From: an uncultured Candidatus Poseidoniales archaeon
GTDB taxonomy: Archaea > Thermoplasmatota > Poseidoniia > Poseidoniales > Poseidoniaceae
Assembly (NCBI GenBank): GCA_905182185.1
Contig: CAJJAP010000004.1
Span: 72,178-136,177 of the forward strand
DNA: 64,000 nt
Reading direction: 5' to 3'
Each line of letters starts with the position of its first letter. Position 1 is the first letter of the stretch. Position numbers and translations under genes: made by a program. Of the stretch, positions 1 through 10,184 are shown in pieces. The notes beneath the pieces are model-generated. The model worked only from the letters and a program-made list of their open reading frames with translations. It had not been told where the DNA came from and did no database searches.

Positions 1-604
1 AACAATGGATTCCGACCTTGATGGAGTAGGTGACAATGCTGATGCATTCCCTAATGATGCTACTGAAACAGTTGATACTGATTCTGATGGAACTGGCGAT
101 AATGCTGAGCATTCCCATGCTGATGCTGCTGAAACAATGGATTCTGATGCTGACGGTGTTGGTAACAATGCTGATGCATTCCCTAATGACGCTAATGAAA
201 CCATGGATACTGATGGTGATGGTGTTGGAGATAACGCACAAGCTGCAGCAGAAGCAAAGGCTGCTAAACTTGCTGCAGAACAAAGTGAATTATACATGAT
301 GATCGGAATCGCAGCAGTTGTAATTCTCCTTTCACTGGCTGCAGTAGCGGTTTTCATGAAGAAAAAGGGTAGTGATGAACTAGTATTATCACCTAAGCAA
401 TATGATAATCCGCAGCCAATTACTCAGACTCAACAGTACGAGCCACAACCAATTACTCAGACTCAACAGTACGAGCCACAGCCTACGATAGTGGCTGCTG
501 CAACTGAAGTTCAGCGCTGGACAGACGAATCAGGGCACACTTGGAGAACCATGACCGACAATTCTACACAGTGGTGGAATGGTAGTGATTGGCAACAACG
601 CTGA
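1..604 (+). CDS. Membrane-anchored surface protein with thrombospondin type-3-like Ca-binding repeats (5' end lies outside the window)
   Basis: Repeated DxDxDGVGDNADAFPND units, a TM helix (LYMMIGIAAVVILLSLAAVAVF) followed by KKK, a Q/P/T-rich linker and a Trp-rich C-terminal module. Confidence 0.85.
   Translation, partial: TMDSDLDGVGDNADAFPNDATETVDTDSDGTGDNAEHSHADAAETMDSDADGVGNNADAFPNDANETMDTDGDGVGDNAQAAAEAKAAKLAAEQSELYMMIGIAAVVILLSLAAVAVFMKKKGSDELVLSPKQYDNPQPITQTQQYEPQPITQTQQYEPQPTIVAAATEVQRWTDESGHTWRTMTDNSTQWWNGSDWQQR
416..481 (+). repeat. Intragenic 33-nt tandem repeat (2 copies, PITQTQQYEPQ)
   Basis: ccaattactcagactcaacagtacgagccaca occurs at 416 and 449. Confidence 0.9.
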
Positions 605-652
605 TTGATTTAGCATAGTCATCTTGAAAACAATTCTCGATGTGCAAGATAT

Positions 653-2176
653 GTGTCCAACCTATCTTCCTTGACTTGGTACTCCCGTTTCATAGATGAA
701 ACACCTGGAGATTCAGTTGTCGGAGGCCCTGCACGCCAAGTGGAAGGAGCGTGTTGGTCTAGAGTTCTACCAACTCCTTCACCCAATCCATCACTACGAT
801 TGTGGAGTGAAGAAATAGCTAATTCTTTATCGATTACAAAAGGTGATTTAGAAATCTTGTCCGGAGGTCCTCCAAGTCCAGACATGGACCCTTATGCACA
901 GCGCTATGGAGGGCACCAATTTGGAAATTGGGCACATCAATTGGGTGATGGAAGAGCGATTACACTAGGCGAAGTAGAAAGTGATGTAGGAATTGTTGAA
1001 TTACAACTCAAGGGGTCTGGACTTACTCCTTATTCACGTACTGCGGATGGAAAAGCCGTACTACGCTCATCGATTAGAGAATTTCTGTGTAGCGAAGCAA
1101 TGCACCATTTAGGAGTTCCTACAACGAGAGCATTGTCATTGGCTACAACTGGAGAAGAGGTGATGAGAGACGTCCTATATGATGGAAACCGAGCATTCGA
1201 GCAAGGTGCAATTGTATCCAGAATTTCTCCGAGTTTCATTCGCTTTGGAAGTTTCCAAATTCATACAGCAACTGGTGATAAAGAGACACTTAGAAAATTG
1301 GTTGAACATACGATAAGAAACCATTTCCCAGGCCATCAATACTCAAACGATCAACAATTACTAGCATGGTTAGCAGACATTGCAAAATCAACTGCAACTA
1401 TGGTTTCACATTGGATGCGAGTTGGTTTTGTTCATGGGGTAATGAATACAGATAACATGTCCGTCCATGGATTAACGATTGACTACGGACCATATGGATG
1501 GATTGAGGCATACGATCCGAACTGGACTCCAAACACTACTGATTTGTCCCATAGACGTTATAGATTTTCAAATCAGCCCCGTATTGCTGGTTGGAATGTT
1601 GCCAGATTATTAGAGGCGATTGCTCCACTTTTTGATGAACCTGAACAGTTGTCTCAAATTTTGGATGTATATTTTGAAGCCATTGGAGAGCAGCAAAACT
1701 CTATGTGGGCTGGAAAACTTGGATTTGATGTATTTAAAGATGAAGATGTTGAATTAGTTCGGGAATTAAATAACCTATTGCAACTAGTTGAAACTGATAT
1801 GACTATATTTTTCCGACTTCTATCAGATCTTGAGACTCCTGATGTTGAATCTCTAAAGTTTGCTTTTTATGAAGAGGATAAACTTCCCGTAAAGCAGTGG
1901 AATGAATGGTTGCTGAAATGGTGGAATCGAGTGGATGCCACCCCAGATAGAGTAAAAATGAAATTAGCAAATCCAAAATATGTATTTCGTAATTGGATGG
2001 CTCAGTTAGCAATTGAGGAAGCTGAAAAAGGAGATTTTTCTTTGTGTGAGGAGTTGTTGGAGTTATTGAAGAACCCATATTCAGAACAAATGGATATGCA
2101 CAGTAAATGGTTTACTAAACGACCTGAGTGGGCTAAGAGTAAAGTTGGATGCTCAATGCTATCTTGCTCAAGTTAA
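653..2176 (+). CDS. selO: Protein adenylyltransferase SelO/YdiU family
   Basis: YGGHQFG-QLGDGRA, ELQLKGSG-TPYSR-ADG, GFVHGVMNTDNMS, IDYGPYG, C-terminal LSCSS. Confidence 0.95.
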   Translation: MSNLSSLTWYSRFIDETPGDSVVGGPARQVEGACWSRVLPTPSPNPSLRLWSEEIANSLSITKGDLEILSGGPPSPDMDPYAQRYGGHQFGNWAHQLGDGRAITLGEVESDVGIVELQLKGSGLTPYSRTADGKAVLRSSIREFLCSEAMHHLGVPTTRALSLATTGEEVMRDVLYDGNRAFEQGAIVSRISPSFIRFGSFQIHTATGDKETLRKLVEHTIRNHFPGHQYSNDQQLLAWLADIAKSTATMVSHWMRVGFVHGVMNTDNMSVHGLTIDYGPYGWIEAYDPNWTPNTTDLSHRRYRFSNQPRIAGWNVARLLEAIAPLFDEPEQLSQILDVYFEAIGEQQNSMWAGKLGFDVFKDEDVELVRELNNLLQLVETDMTIFFRLLSDLETPDVESLKFAFYEEDKLPVKQWNEWLLKWWNRVDATPDRVKMKLANPKYVFRNWMAQLAIEEAEKGDFSLCEELLELLKNPYSEQMDMHSKWFTKRPEWAKSKVGCSMLSCSS

Positions 2177-2284
2177 TTTTAACTCACAATTTCAACTAAC
2201 ATAGTTTGCCAGCCTACTGGGTTGTAAGAGATAGTAATACATCTGCTGTACAACTAAAGTAATGTTTCAGTGAACAAAACACCT

Positions 2285-2656
2285 AATGCAATAATTGAGT
2301 TGTTGTTTCAGTCGAGATTGCATTAAAGCAAACCACGCTTATCGATCAATTGGCAAGCAGTAATAGCTTGCTTTATGTAAACAGTTAAGTTAACAAAGAA
2401 TTGTTTCAGGAAAGTGAAAAATTTCACTCGTCTGAGACGACTTTTGAAACGCCGACTGCGTTAGGACCTTTTGGTCCTTCGCCGACTTCGAAAGTAACTA
2501 CATCTCCGTCAGTAATTTCTCCAGTGACTTCGGAGACGTGAACGAAAAGATCGTCACCCCCTTCTCTTTCTATAAATCCAAATCCTTTCGTAAAGTTAAA
2601 CCATTTGACAGTACCTTGTGCCATGTCGGGGGCTACGGCAAGGGGTATTTGAAGCA
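2285..2656. repeat. Direct repeat copy 1 (~372 bp; csp gene with promoter and 3' region)
   Basis: Aligns to 2953-3324 at offset 668 with about 6 substitutions, all outside the CDS. Confidence 0.95.
2424..2624 (-). CDS. cspA: Cold-shock domain protein (66 aa), copy 1
   Basis: [16 protein letters not shown] (RNP1) and DLFVHVS (RNP2). ATG at 2624. Confidence 0.95.
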   Translation of the reverse strand: MAQGTVKWFNFTKGFGFIEREGGDDLFVHVSEVTGEITDGDVVTFEVGEGPKGPNAVGVSKVVSDE

Positions 2657-2952
2657 TACCATGGAACCCTCAATAAAAAAAAACAGAATAAGCGATTGAA
2701 TGGCTCTGTTCGCAAGTGATAATTATTAGAAAAAAAGCGTTTTTTCGTTGTTTAGAGAACTATTCTACTTACCAGGAAATCACACCCTGGATAAATTGAT
2801 TTCCAAATAAAAGATTTACTCGACTACGATAGTAGGGGGGAAAAGTAGAGCCGAATGCTCATTCCGATCTTGCTAAAATGAATTCAATCCTCAATGAGCA
2901 ATGATTCCACTCGCTTCTAGTACGAAAAGAAACTGCTAATATAGAAACTACC

Positions 2953-3324
2953 AATGTAATGATTGAGTTGTTGTTTCAGTCGGGATTGCATTAAAGCAAA
3001 CCACGCTTATCGATCAATTGGCAAGCAGTAATAGCTTGCTTTATGTAAACAGTTAAGTTAACAAAGAATTGTTTCAGGAAAGTGAAAAATTTCACTCGTC
3101 TGAGACGACTTTTGAAACGCCGACTGCGTTAGGACCTTTTGGTCCTTCGCCGACTTCGAAAGTAACTACATCTCCGTCAGTAATTTCTCCAGTGACTTCG
3201 GAGACGTGAACGAAAAGATCGTCACCCCCTTCTCTTTCTATAAATCCAAATCCTTTCGTAAAGTTAAACCATTTGACAGTACCTTGTGCCATGTCGGGGG
3301 CTGTAGCAAGGGGTATTTGAAGCA
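2953..3324. repeat. Direct repeat copy 2
   Basis: Near-identical to 2285-2656. Confidence 0.95.
3092..3292 (-). CDS. cspA: Cold-shock domain protein (66 aa), copy 2
   Basis: CDS identical to copy 1. Confidence 0.95.
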   Translation of the reverse strand: MAQGTVKWFNFTKGFGFIEREGGDDLFVHVSEVTGEITDGDVVTFEVGEGPKGPNAVGVSKVVSDE

Positions 3325-3391
3325 ACACGGTAGAATCCCACCAATATGGCATTTAAACCGCATTCAGCAATAAGCCCAAAGGCAATATTAT

Positions 3392-5785
3392 TCACGAACC
3401 ACAACTTAGGCAATCGTCTGGAGTATCAAGAGAACAAGCAATCGCTTCTAGACTACTAAGCTCCTCTGCTCGATCTGCCAGACCTGCAACTGTTTGGTCA
3501 TCCTTTACCTTGGCTTCGACAGTAAATTGAATCGCATCGGCTGCAGCCTTGGTTCTAAGATAATACATTCCTGTCTTGAGACCCTTTCTCCACCCATAGA
3601 AATGCATTGAAGTGATTTTAGCCGGGTTAGCATCGACCATATGAATATTCAATGATTGACTTTGATCAACATATGCGCCTCGGTCAGCCGACATATCAAG
3701 GACGTAGCGTTGCTTTATCTCCCAGGTAGTTTTGTACATTTCTTTGATATCATCAGGGATCCCAGAAATGGCTTGAACACTACCTTTGTGCCTTAAGATT
3801 TCATCCTTCATTTCTAGAGACCACAAGTCTCTTGCAATCAAGTCCCGAACTAGGTGCTTGTTCAATACAATAAATTCTCCAGATAAAGTTCTGCGGACAT
3901 AAAGGTTTGAGGTAAATGCCTCAAAACACTCATTATTTGCAAGTATTTGGCTAGTTGATGCTGTTGGCATAGGCGCCACCAATAGTGAATTACGCATACC
4001 GTGCTCCACTATTTCTTGCTTCAGAGTATCCCAGTCCCAACGACCGGAGTGTTCATTCATCCCCCACAGGTCAAACTGAAGTTTTCCTTCACTAGCGGGT
4101 GAACCCTTGAAAGTGGAGTAAGCTCCTTCAGCAATCGCTGCATCCTTCGAAGCAGTACATGCTGCAAAGTAAATTGTTTCAAATATTTCCTTATTCAAGA
4201 CTCTAGCCTCTTCACTTTCAAAGCATAGCCCAAGCATTGCAAATGTATCTGCTAATCCCTGAACACCTAGACCAATAGGGCGATGCCTCATATTGGAATT
4301 TCGGGCTTCAATTACCGGATAAAAATTAACATCTATTACTCGGTTCAGATTTCCAGTTGCATGATATGTCACATCATATAATAATTTATGATTAAATGAT
4401 TTAGTTTCCATGTCAATATACTTTGGAAGTGCTATCGAAGCGAGGTTACACACAGCCACTTCATCTTCTGAAGTGTATTCCATAATCTCTGTACAAAGGT
4501 TTGAGGAACGGATAGTTCCTAAATTCTTTTGATTGGATTTTTCATTTGCTGCATCTTTGTAACACATGTATGGAGTTCCAGTTTCAATTTGAGATTCCAC
4601 AATTTTGTCCCAAATCGTGCGTGCAGGAATTGTTTTGCGCGCTCTTCCTTCAGCCTCATATGATTCGTATAACTGTTTGAATCCATCACCATAGGCATCT
4701 TGGAGACCTGGGCATTCATTCGGACAGAATAAAGACCAATCTGCATTTGCTTCTACTCTTTCCATAAATAGATCAGAAATCCACATTGCATAGAACAAAT
4801 CTCTTGCTCTAACTTCTTCCTTACCGTGATTCTTCTTTAAATCCAAGAATGCAACGATATCTGGGTGCCAAGGCTCAAGATATACTGCGATTGAACCCTT
4901 GCGCTTACCGCCGCCTTGGTCGACATATCGGGCAGTGTCATTGAATACGCGAAGCATCGGAACGATTCCATTGCTTGTGCCATTTGTCCCTTTGATATAT
5001 GCGCCTTGGGAGCGGATATGGTGAATTGAAAGTCCAATTCCACCAGCGGATTTAGAGATTAATGCACACTGTTTCAGAGTATCATAGATCCCTTCTAAGG
5101 AATCATCTTGCATTGTAAGTAAGAAACATGATGACATCTGTGGCTTTGGCGTTCCTGAATTGAATAGAGTTGGAGTTGCATGAGTGAAATATCCTTCCGA
5201 CATCAGATCATAAGTCCTCAATGCCTTCTCTATATTTCCATGGTGAATCCCTACAGAGACTCTCATCAACATATGCTGAGGTCTTTCTGCAACTTCGCCA
5301 TTGAGTTTCAGTAAATATGAGCGTTCCAAAGTTTTGAATCCGAAGTAATCATAGTTATGGTCTCGTCCATAATTGATGTGGTTATCCAAAATCTCAGCAT
5401 TTTCCATTATCACAGCATAAACTTCCTCGGAAATTAGAGGTGCGTGCTTGCGTGATTCCGGGTCGATGTAATCTCTTAGGTCGGTGATGACTTCCGAGAA
5501 TTGTGTTTTTGTTGAACGATGTAAGTCATCAACACAAATTCTAGCCGCTAAACGACTGTAATCAGGGTGCTGAGAAGCAAGTGAAGCAGCGGTCTCTGCT
5601 GCTAGTTGATCTAGTTCCCTAGTGGTAACTCCATCATATAATCCCTCTATTGTTAATTTTGCAACATGAGCGGGATCAATCCAAACCGGGTCTAAACCCT
5701 CAGCTAATTGCGTCAACTTTTCCATTATTGCATCAAAACGTACATCTTCACGTTCCCCTTTCCTATTTACTACTTGTAGTGCCAT
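3392..5785 (-). CDS. nrdA: Class Ia ribonucleotide reductase alpha subunit with ATP cone
   Basis: N-terminal VVNRKG ATP cone, [42 protein letters not shown]-terminal CLSCGS. Confidence 0.97.
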   Translation of the reverse strand: MALQVVNRKGEREDVRFDAIMEKLTQLAEGLDPVWIDPAHVAKLTIEGLYDGVTTRELDQLAAETAASLASQHPDYSRLAARICVDDLHRSTKTQFSEVITDLRDYIDPESRKHAPLISEEVYAVIMENAEILDNHINYGRDHNYDYFGFKTLERSYLLKLNGEVAERPQHMLMRVSVGIHHGNIEKALRTYDLMSEGYFTHATPTLFNSGTPKPQMSSCFLLTMQDDSLEGIYDTLKQCALISKSAGGIGLSIHHIRSQGAYIKGTNGTSNGIVPMLRVFNDTARYVDQGGGKRKGSIAVYLEPWHPDIVAFLDLKKNHGKEEVRARDLFYAMWISDLFMERVEANADWSLFCPNECPGLQDAYGDGFKQLYESYEAEGRARKTIPARTIWDKIVESQIETGTPYMCYKDAANEKSNQKNLGTIRSSNLCTEIMEYTSEDEVAVCNLASIALPKYIDMETKSFNHKLLYDVTYHATGNLNRVIDVNFYPVIEARNSNMRHRPIGLGVQGLADTFAMLGLCFESEEARVLNKEIFETIYFAACTASKDAAIAEGAYSTFKGSPASEGKLQFDLWGMNEHSGRWDWDTLKQEIVEHGMRNSLLVAPMPTASTSQILANNECFEAFTSNLYVRRTLSGEFIVLNKHLVRDLIARDLWSLEMKDEILRHKGSVQAISGIPDDIKEMYKTTWEIKQRYVLDMSADRGAYVDQSQSLNIHMVDANPAKITSMHFYGWRKGLKTGMYYLRTKAAADAIQFTVEAKVKDDQTVAGLADRAEELSSLEAIACSLDTPDDCLSCGS

Positions 5786-5845
5786 CTATTATTCCCCCTT
5801 CATTTCATTGTAATTGTTGATAATTATTATCCCATAACCCATGCT

Positions 5846-6887
5846 TCAGAAATCTTCATCCATTGAGAAGCGCTGTTGCACACTCCCAAGACTTGCTGAA
5901 TCCATAACGCCTGCTTTTTGGTATTCTGCGACTCTCTTCTCGAAGAAATTCGTTTTACCTTGCATTGAGATCATTTCCATCCAAGGGAATGGGTTCTCTG
6001 CATTATACAACTTTGAAGCTCCAAGAGTAATTAATAGGCGGTCTGCTACGAAATGAATGTATTGGGCCATCAAGTTCGAATTCATTCCGATTAGAGAAAC
6101 TGGAAGTGCGCTTGTTACGAATTCAATTTCAATTTCTACTGCCTCTGCAATAATTCCATGAATGGACTTTTCACCTGCTCCACGTAATAATTTATTATGT
6201 AATAAACAAGCGAAATCGCAATGAAGTCCTTCGTCTCGAGAAATTAATTCATTGGAGAATGTCAACCCTGGCATCAATCCTCTCTTCTTCAACCAGAAGA
6301 TTGCACAGAAAGAACCTGAAAAGAAAATACCTTCAACTGCTGCGAAGGCAACTAATCTTTCAGCGAATGAACCTTTCTTGCGAGATAGCCAACGCATTGC
6401 CCAATCGCCCTTTTTCTTAACTGCTGGCACAGTTTCTAATGCTTTGAAAAGGTGGTCCTTTTCTAGATCGTCCTTGATGTATGTATCAATGAGTAGTGAG
6501 TAAGTCTCTGCATGAACATTTTCCATCATGATTTGAAAACCATAGAATGCTCTAGCTTCAGCCCAACAAACTTCATTAGAGAAATTCATCACTAAATTTT
6601 CATTGACTATACCATCGCTTGCTGCGAAAAATGCTAGTATGTGTTTTAAGAAGTGTCTTTCATCATCGTTCAACTTATCCCAATCTTTGAGATCTTCTGC
6701 TAAGTCTATTTCCTCAGCCGTCCAAAATGATGCTTGTTCTTGTTTGTACATTTCCCAAATATCTGAATGCTCAATTGGGAATAAGTACAAAGCGATCAAG
6801 ATTAGTTTGAAGCATTGGTTCTAAGTGCTCGTGACTCAAGTCTAATTCAAAGTCTTCTTCATTTGTACTTGGTTTTTCGATTACCAT
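5846..6887 (-). CDS. nrdB: Class Ia ribonucleotide reductase beta subunit (apparent +1 insertion near 6782)
   Basis: [49 protein letters not shown]. The true N-terminus (MVIEKP...[13 protein letters not shown]) starts at ATG 6887 in another frame and joins FPIEH if one T is removed. Confidence 0.93.
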
Positions 6888-7173
6888 AATTAGACACCCC
6901 CGATATTTCACACGCTGGAATTTTATTGCCCTCCGAGAGAGACTATAATACTGACCCCCAATGACACCTAGGAAACATGCATTAGAGCAGTGTTCGGCGA
7001 AAGTGAAAAGTACTAAGCAGCATAACGATTAGCATTTATGTTTGTAGCCTAGAACTAATCGATGATTTGAGGCTAAAAACTAACAATAAATACCCCCTAC
7101 CTTCCACTGGAGTTATGTAAGTAAGTTTCAACTTTAGAATAAGGGTCAAAAGCCCCCACCATAACGACCGTAT

Positions 7174-7626
7174 ATGGAGCAAATAAAATTGTCAGTCCAA
7201 TTCGCACGCCTCGATGATGAAGCAAGATTGCCAACCCAAGGCTCAGCATTGGCTGCTGGATGGGATTTGTATGCTTTATGCGAGACAATTGTCCCAAAAG
7301 GCGCAAGCACATTCATAGCAACTGGACTGGCTGTTGCCATACCTGAAGGATGGGAGGGGCAGATACGATGCCGCTCATCCCTAGGGAAAAAAGGAATGAT
7401 ACTACCAAACGGCGTAGGAACAATTGATGCTGATTATCGCGGAGAATTGAAAGTACTAGCAACATGGATTGGCCAAGGAGACAATTTTACAGTAAGTAAA
7501 GGCGAGCGTGTTGCACAGTTATTATTCGCACAAGTACCAAAGGTAACAATAGTTGAAACATCATACGAGGAATTAGGAAATACTGAGCGAGGGAGCGGAG
7601 GCTTCGGCTCATCAGGCCAGTATTGA
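7174..7626 (+). CDS. dut: dUTP diphosphatase
   Basis: AAGWDL, RSSL, GTIDADYRGE, RVAQL, RGSGGFGSSG. Confidence 0.96.
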   Translation: MEQIKLSVQFARLDDEARLPTQGSALAAGWDLYALCETIVPKGASTFIATGLAVAIPEGWEGQIRCRSSLGKKGMILPNGVGTIDADYRGELKVLATWIGQGDNFTVSKGERVAQLLFAQVPKVTIVETSYEELGNTERGSGGFGSSGQY

Positions 7627-7646
7627 CTAACTAAAGAGGCGATAAT

Positions 7647-8285
7647 ATGACCGAACAAAGAGATGTAGAAATAATTCATCTCGGTGAAATCCCTTACCAA
7701 GAAGCGTTGGATTTGATGAAAGAACTTCAACAGCAAAGAATCGATGATTTAATTCCAGACACATTACTATTACTACATCACCCCGAAATCGTAACAGTTG
7801 GGCCACGTGCTACAAATGACGGAATAAAAGCACCACAGGGTTACCCATCACATACAGTCGATAGAGGAGGCGGTTTAACCTGGCATGGACCTGGTCAATT
7901 GGTTGGATACCCAATTTTCAAATGGGATTTAGAAGGAGAAAATTCTGTCGCTGCAATAATCTCATTACTTGAACAATGGATCATTAATACTCTTGATGAA
8001 TTAGGAATAGAATCTTCAAGAGATGATCGGATGCAAGGAGTATGGGTTGATGGAAAGAAAATTTGCAGCATTGGACTTTCATTCCTTAGATGGGTCTCTC
8101 GTCATGGCTTTTCGATTAATATAGACACTCCTAGCGGGAGAGTGGAAGGTTTGGCAGGATGTGGACTTGAAAGTGAGACAACTACTTCTCTCGCAAGATT
8201 AGATTACCAAATTACAATTGAACAATTCACTCAGTCTCTGCTGAAAAACATGCAAAATATAGTTAAAAGAATTGCAAGAGATTAA
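7647..8285 (+). CDS. lipB: Octanoyltransferase LipB
   Basis: HPEIVTVG, DRGGGLTWHGPGQLVGYP, GVWVDGKKICSIG, HGFSIN. Confidence 0.93.
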   Translation: MTEQRDVEIIHLGEIPYQEALDLMKELQQQRIDDLIPDTLLLLHHPEIVTVGPRATNDGIKAPQGYPSHTVDRGGGLTWHGPGQLVGYPIFKWDLEGENSVAAIISLLEQWIINTLDELGIESSRDDRMQGVWVDGKKICSIGLSFLRWVSRHGFSINIDTPSGRVEGLAGCGLESETTTSLARLDYQITIEQFTQSLLKNMQNIVKRIARD

Positions 8286-8350
8286 AATCAGTAGATAATT
8301 TCCAAAAATACAAGGATATGCTCAACAACTGCGACTGATTAGCGTTGAGC

Positions 8351-9509
8351 ATGGACAACACATGGCCCCACCATGGTAGTCCTACAATCGGGAAAGAAAT
8401 TCACCCCATTCAATATCTTGAATGGTATGTTCCTCGTTTACAACAAATGAGAAAATATAATTTATCTTTTAGTGGACTACAATACTCTTGGGATTTTGAA
8501 ACATATCTAGCAGCAAATCTGAAAGATGTGGGCTATCATCACATTCCAGAGTTTCCTAATCCTGAGCAAATGGTTGCACAACGTTACGCAATAAGTCCTC
8601 ACAAAATTGCAATTACCCATGGGGCCACTCAGGCCCTAAACATTGCATTATTGGCTTGTTTAGAACCTACAACAAATGGTCAAAGAAATATTGTCGCAGT
8701 TGAATCTCCGGCATATGCGCCTGTTGTTCAAACTCCCTTATTGTTAAACTGTGACACAATCCCCGTTCAGAGATACCCTCCTGTTGATGGTTTTGGCCCA
8801 TGGAGAATAAACAAAAAAGAGTGGCTAGATGTTCTGCAACAATCAAAAGTATTGATGATAAACCCCACAATTAAACCCATGCGGATGGGATTATGAAAGC
8901 AGTGACCGAAGATGGATAATAGATACATGTAAGAAATTGGCAATCAAAATCATCTCCGATGAGGTCTATATCGATTCGATGAAGGGCACAGAAGATTACA
9001 AACCATTCCACTTAGAAGGCGAACACTGCATATCAATCAACTCATTAACCAAAATCTATGGATTGGGCCCACTTCGCTTTGGCTGGATCATCGCTAACAA
9101 AGAGATCATATCCAATGCAAAAAGAGCATTCTTAACATTTTCAGGGATGATGGCAAGCCCTACTATTCGCTTAGCAAGTGCTGTGTTCCCGCACTTGGAC
9201 TTAGCTCTTGAAAAAATAAAAAAATATAGAGAAATTAATCTCCCAGTATTAAGGGAAATGCTGGAAAGGCAAAATATTGTTTGGAATGAACCACCTCACG
9301 GGGTTTTCGGTGCTTTCCAACTTCCAAATGGATTTGATTCAATGACCTTTGTCGATGAAGCATGCGCAGAGCATTCAGTATTAGCAGTACCCGGCTCAAT
9401 GTTCTCAAGAGAGTTAAGTGGGTGGCTGAGAGTGGCTTGGTCTATAGAGCCCGTATTATTTTCTGAGGCAATAATAAACCTAGAAAAGGCCCTGATTTCA
9501 ATCAATTAG
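8351..9509 (+). CDS. PLP-dependent aminotransferase class I/II (apparent +1 insertion near 8860)
   Basis: ITHGATQAL and VESPAY in the first ORF; removing one A gives PQLNPCG and continues into ISDEVY, NSLTKIYGLGPLRFGW, VPGSMF, LRVA. Confidence 0.85.
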
Positions 9510-9550
9510 TAAAAACAAGAGCATATATGCAAAAAGGAGTTGCACAGTAC

Positions 9551-10123
9551 ATGGGTGAAGTAGTAGTAGCAATAACCGGCGCATCTGGTGCAATATACGG
9601 CAAACGCCTTACTGAATGCCTGTCAAATCTTGGAGTCCAAGTAAGACTTGTTGTGACTGCATCTGGAGAACTTACACTCGCACATGAATGTCAAACCGAT
9701 AAAGAAACCATCGCTGCAAACTATTCTGTTATCCTTGAAGATGGAAAAAATGTCGCAGCGAAGTCTGCCTCTGGTTCTGCAAATATTGATGCTGTAGTCA
9801 TTTGCCCATGTTCAGGGACTACTTTGGGCAAACTAGCTGCAGGAATCGGTGATAATTTAGTTACACGTTCTGCAATCGTTGCATTAAAGGAAAGACGCAA
9901 ATTGATAATAGTTCCACGCGAAGCCCCTTATGCTACTGCCCATCTTGAAAATATGGCGAAACTATCAGCTTGGAATACGATCGTTATTCCAGCATCTCCT
10001 GGATTTTACAACCATCCTCAATCAATCGATGATATGGTCGACTTTATTGTTGCAAGAATACTTGACCAATTGGGACTAGAGCATGACATTGGCAAGCGAT
10101 GGACCGGCGAAGAAATCCCATAA
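9551..10123 (+). CDS. ubiX: Flavin prenyltransferase UbiX
   Basis: VAITGASG, ASGS, PCSGTTLGKLAAG, LKERRKLIIVPREAP, PGFYNHP. Confidence 0.93.
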   Translation: MGEVVVAITGASGAIYGKRLTECLSNLGVQVRLVVTASGELTLAHECQTDKETIAANYSVILEDGKNVAAKSASGSANIDAVVICPCSGTTLGKLAAGIGDNLVTRSAIVALKERRKLIIVPREAPYATAHLENMAKLSAWNTIVIPASPGFYNHPQSIDDMVDFIVARILDQLGLEHDIGKRWTGEEIP

Positions 10124-10184
10124 TACTAATCATAATACCATTTAGTTCATCAAGGTCGGGCTAATAGCCCCCTATGGTGCAAAA

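Noticed and set aside
1..481. CRISPR-like repeats
   Set aside because: The repeats are in-frame protein repeats without unique spacers, and there are no cas genes.
2140..2330. Selenocysteine in SelO with a downstream SECIS-like hairpin
   Set aside because: The gene ends CSS-TAA with no in-frame TGA, and the hairpin belongs to the csp duplication.
2657..2952. Mobile element between the csp copies
   Set aside because: No transposase ORF, terminal inverted repeats or target-site duplication is visible.
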